A stretch of DNA of 19,752 nt from Octopus sinensis (Eukaryota). Positions 18,660 to 19,752 of the stretch are shown piece after piece. A program made the position numbers and the translations under genes. The stretch is from positions 1 through 19,752 of the forward strand of contig NW_021824035.1 of NCBI RefSeq assembly GCF_006345805.1, written 5' to 3'. The notes under the pieces are model-generated. The model saw only the letters and a program-made list of their open reading frames with translations, made no database searches and was not told where the DNA came from. How positions within the stretch are numbered: the first letter of the stretch is position 1; every line of letters begins with the position of its first letter.

Positions 18660-19115
18660 ATGACGGACTGACTTCAAAAAATAATGTCACTCTTTTTGTT
18701 CGTCTAAAAGTCATTTTCCAGTTCCCAGATGTTTTACCATTTTCTCTCGTACATCTTCGCTTCTTTGACATTCTCAAAGCTGTTCTCACAGCTTTGTTCA
18801 ATTTCTTTGTATCACCCAATTCCTTTGTATCGTGTGGGAAGTTTCACATTTCTATAACTAGCTTTCTGTCTTTGTTCGTTGACTGTTTTCCTATACACCT
18901 TAAACTGCCTCTCATTCTCTTCCGAGCTCTGAATCAGACCGCTTCTTCCCCCACCCCCTTCTTTTTCCTTCTTTGTTTTTTTTTCCTCAGAATGGCGCAT
19001 ACTCTATCGCATGCAAATCCACTTCCTATGCATTCCAAAATTTCTGTCAGGTCTTCAAAAGTAATTGTCTTTCCATTGTACCCTTTTATATTCTCTTTTG
19101 CATTCTTCGGGTATG
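18660..19115 (-). pseudogene. Decayed coding-like segment, possibly a LINE ORF1 (gag-like) remnant
   Basis: Interrupted minus-strand frames KENIKGYNGKTITFEDLTEILECIGSGFACDRVCAIL and ...RNVKLPTRYKGIG*YKEIEQSCENSFENVKEAKMYERKW*; stops and a frameshift are present; the assignment is by impression only. Confidence 0.3.
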
Positions 19116-19532
19116 ATTAGAACATTTGTCAAAAGAAGAAAATTAACGGATCTTATATTAGTCGACTGCTACGTCACCCACCCGTTGTTCTTATTTTTTG
19201 TTTTTTACTAGATAATAATATAGTTCTTTTGTTTCCTTTTTGATTGAGACACACGTGATACGACTTTTCATTTAGAGACACGCAGTGAATTAAAACCGTG
19301 TGTCCCAGTTTCTCGCGACCTCTTGTCTTCAGATTTACGAGTTAAATCTCAACGTTTACCGTTGACTTATGTGGTTAACCGACTAGACGTCAAAGGAAAG
19401 ACCAGAGCGACGAGCCACTGGACTGGCAAAAGAAAGAAAACAATATATGTAATGTATATATAAGAGGTACTGGCATCCAGAAGACCCAGCGTGGCAAGTT
19501 GGTGATTAATAAATTATTATTTATTAATTAAA

Positions 19533-19604
19533 AAAACATCCCTTACAGCTGTTTCTAAAACATCCCTTACAGCCGTTTCTAAAACATCCCTTACAGCTGT
19601 TTCT
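19533..19604 (-). repeat. Three tandem 24-bp units, each equal to the 3' half of a minimal hammerhead
   Basis: AAAACATCCCTTACAGCTGTTTCT x3 (19533, 19557, 19581; one T>C change). Reverse complement AGAAACAGCTGTAAGGGATGTTTT, followed on the minus strand by AATAAA. Confidence 0.85.
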
Positions 19605-19752
19605 ATCGATTTAATACTGATGGACATAATATCACAATATGACATTTATACCAATATATCTGCTTGAGTTTTTCTTATACTTAACACTCTAGATGAATAT
19701 ATTGTTCTATTCTTGCTTTACAACTCTAGTATACACAACCTTACTCCCCTTT

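Noticed and set aside
19300-19335. CUGAAGA...GAAA on the minus strand as a hammerhead
   Set aside because: No stem II pairing and no UH cleavage site closing stem III
19331-19450. Plus-strand open frame DLRVKSQRLPLTYVVNRLDVKGKTRATSHW after a CTTCAG acceptor
   Set aside because: Short, no recognisable motif, weak donor, and adjacent to PLE-like terminal sequence

Overview
AT-rich eukaryotic genomic DNA dominated by repeats. The SINE families and the microsatellite mix point to an octopus (coleoid cephalopod); this is inferred from pattern recognition, not a database hit. Almost every ORF in the supplied track is a microsatellite artefact. The window contains at least four tRNA-headed SINE families (labelled A-D here), dead Tc1/mariner fragments, an R4/Dong-like restriction-like endonuclease fragment and long simple and compound repeats. 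The most striking element is a 344-bp near-perfect palindrome (12664-13007). Each arm carries an intact-looking minimal type-I hammerhead ribozyme with a palindromic stem III, the kind known from Penelope-like elements and retrozymes. Further hammerhead remnants lie at 16.9-17.5 kb and 19.5 kb. Two or three short minus-strand exons absent from the ORF track splice in frame into what looks like a divergent nuclear-receptor ligand-binding domain. Other candidates are a plus-strand promoter and first exon near 400-545 and a complex inverted duplication at 16.7-17.8 kb. All alignments were done by eye; no searches were run.
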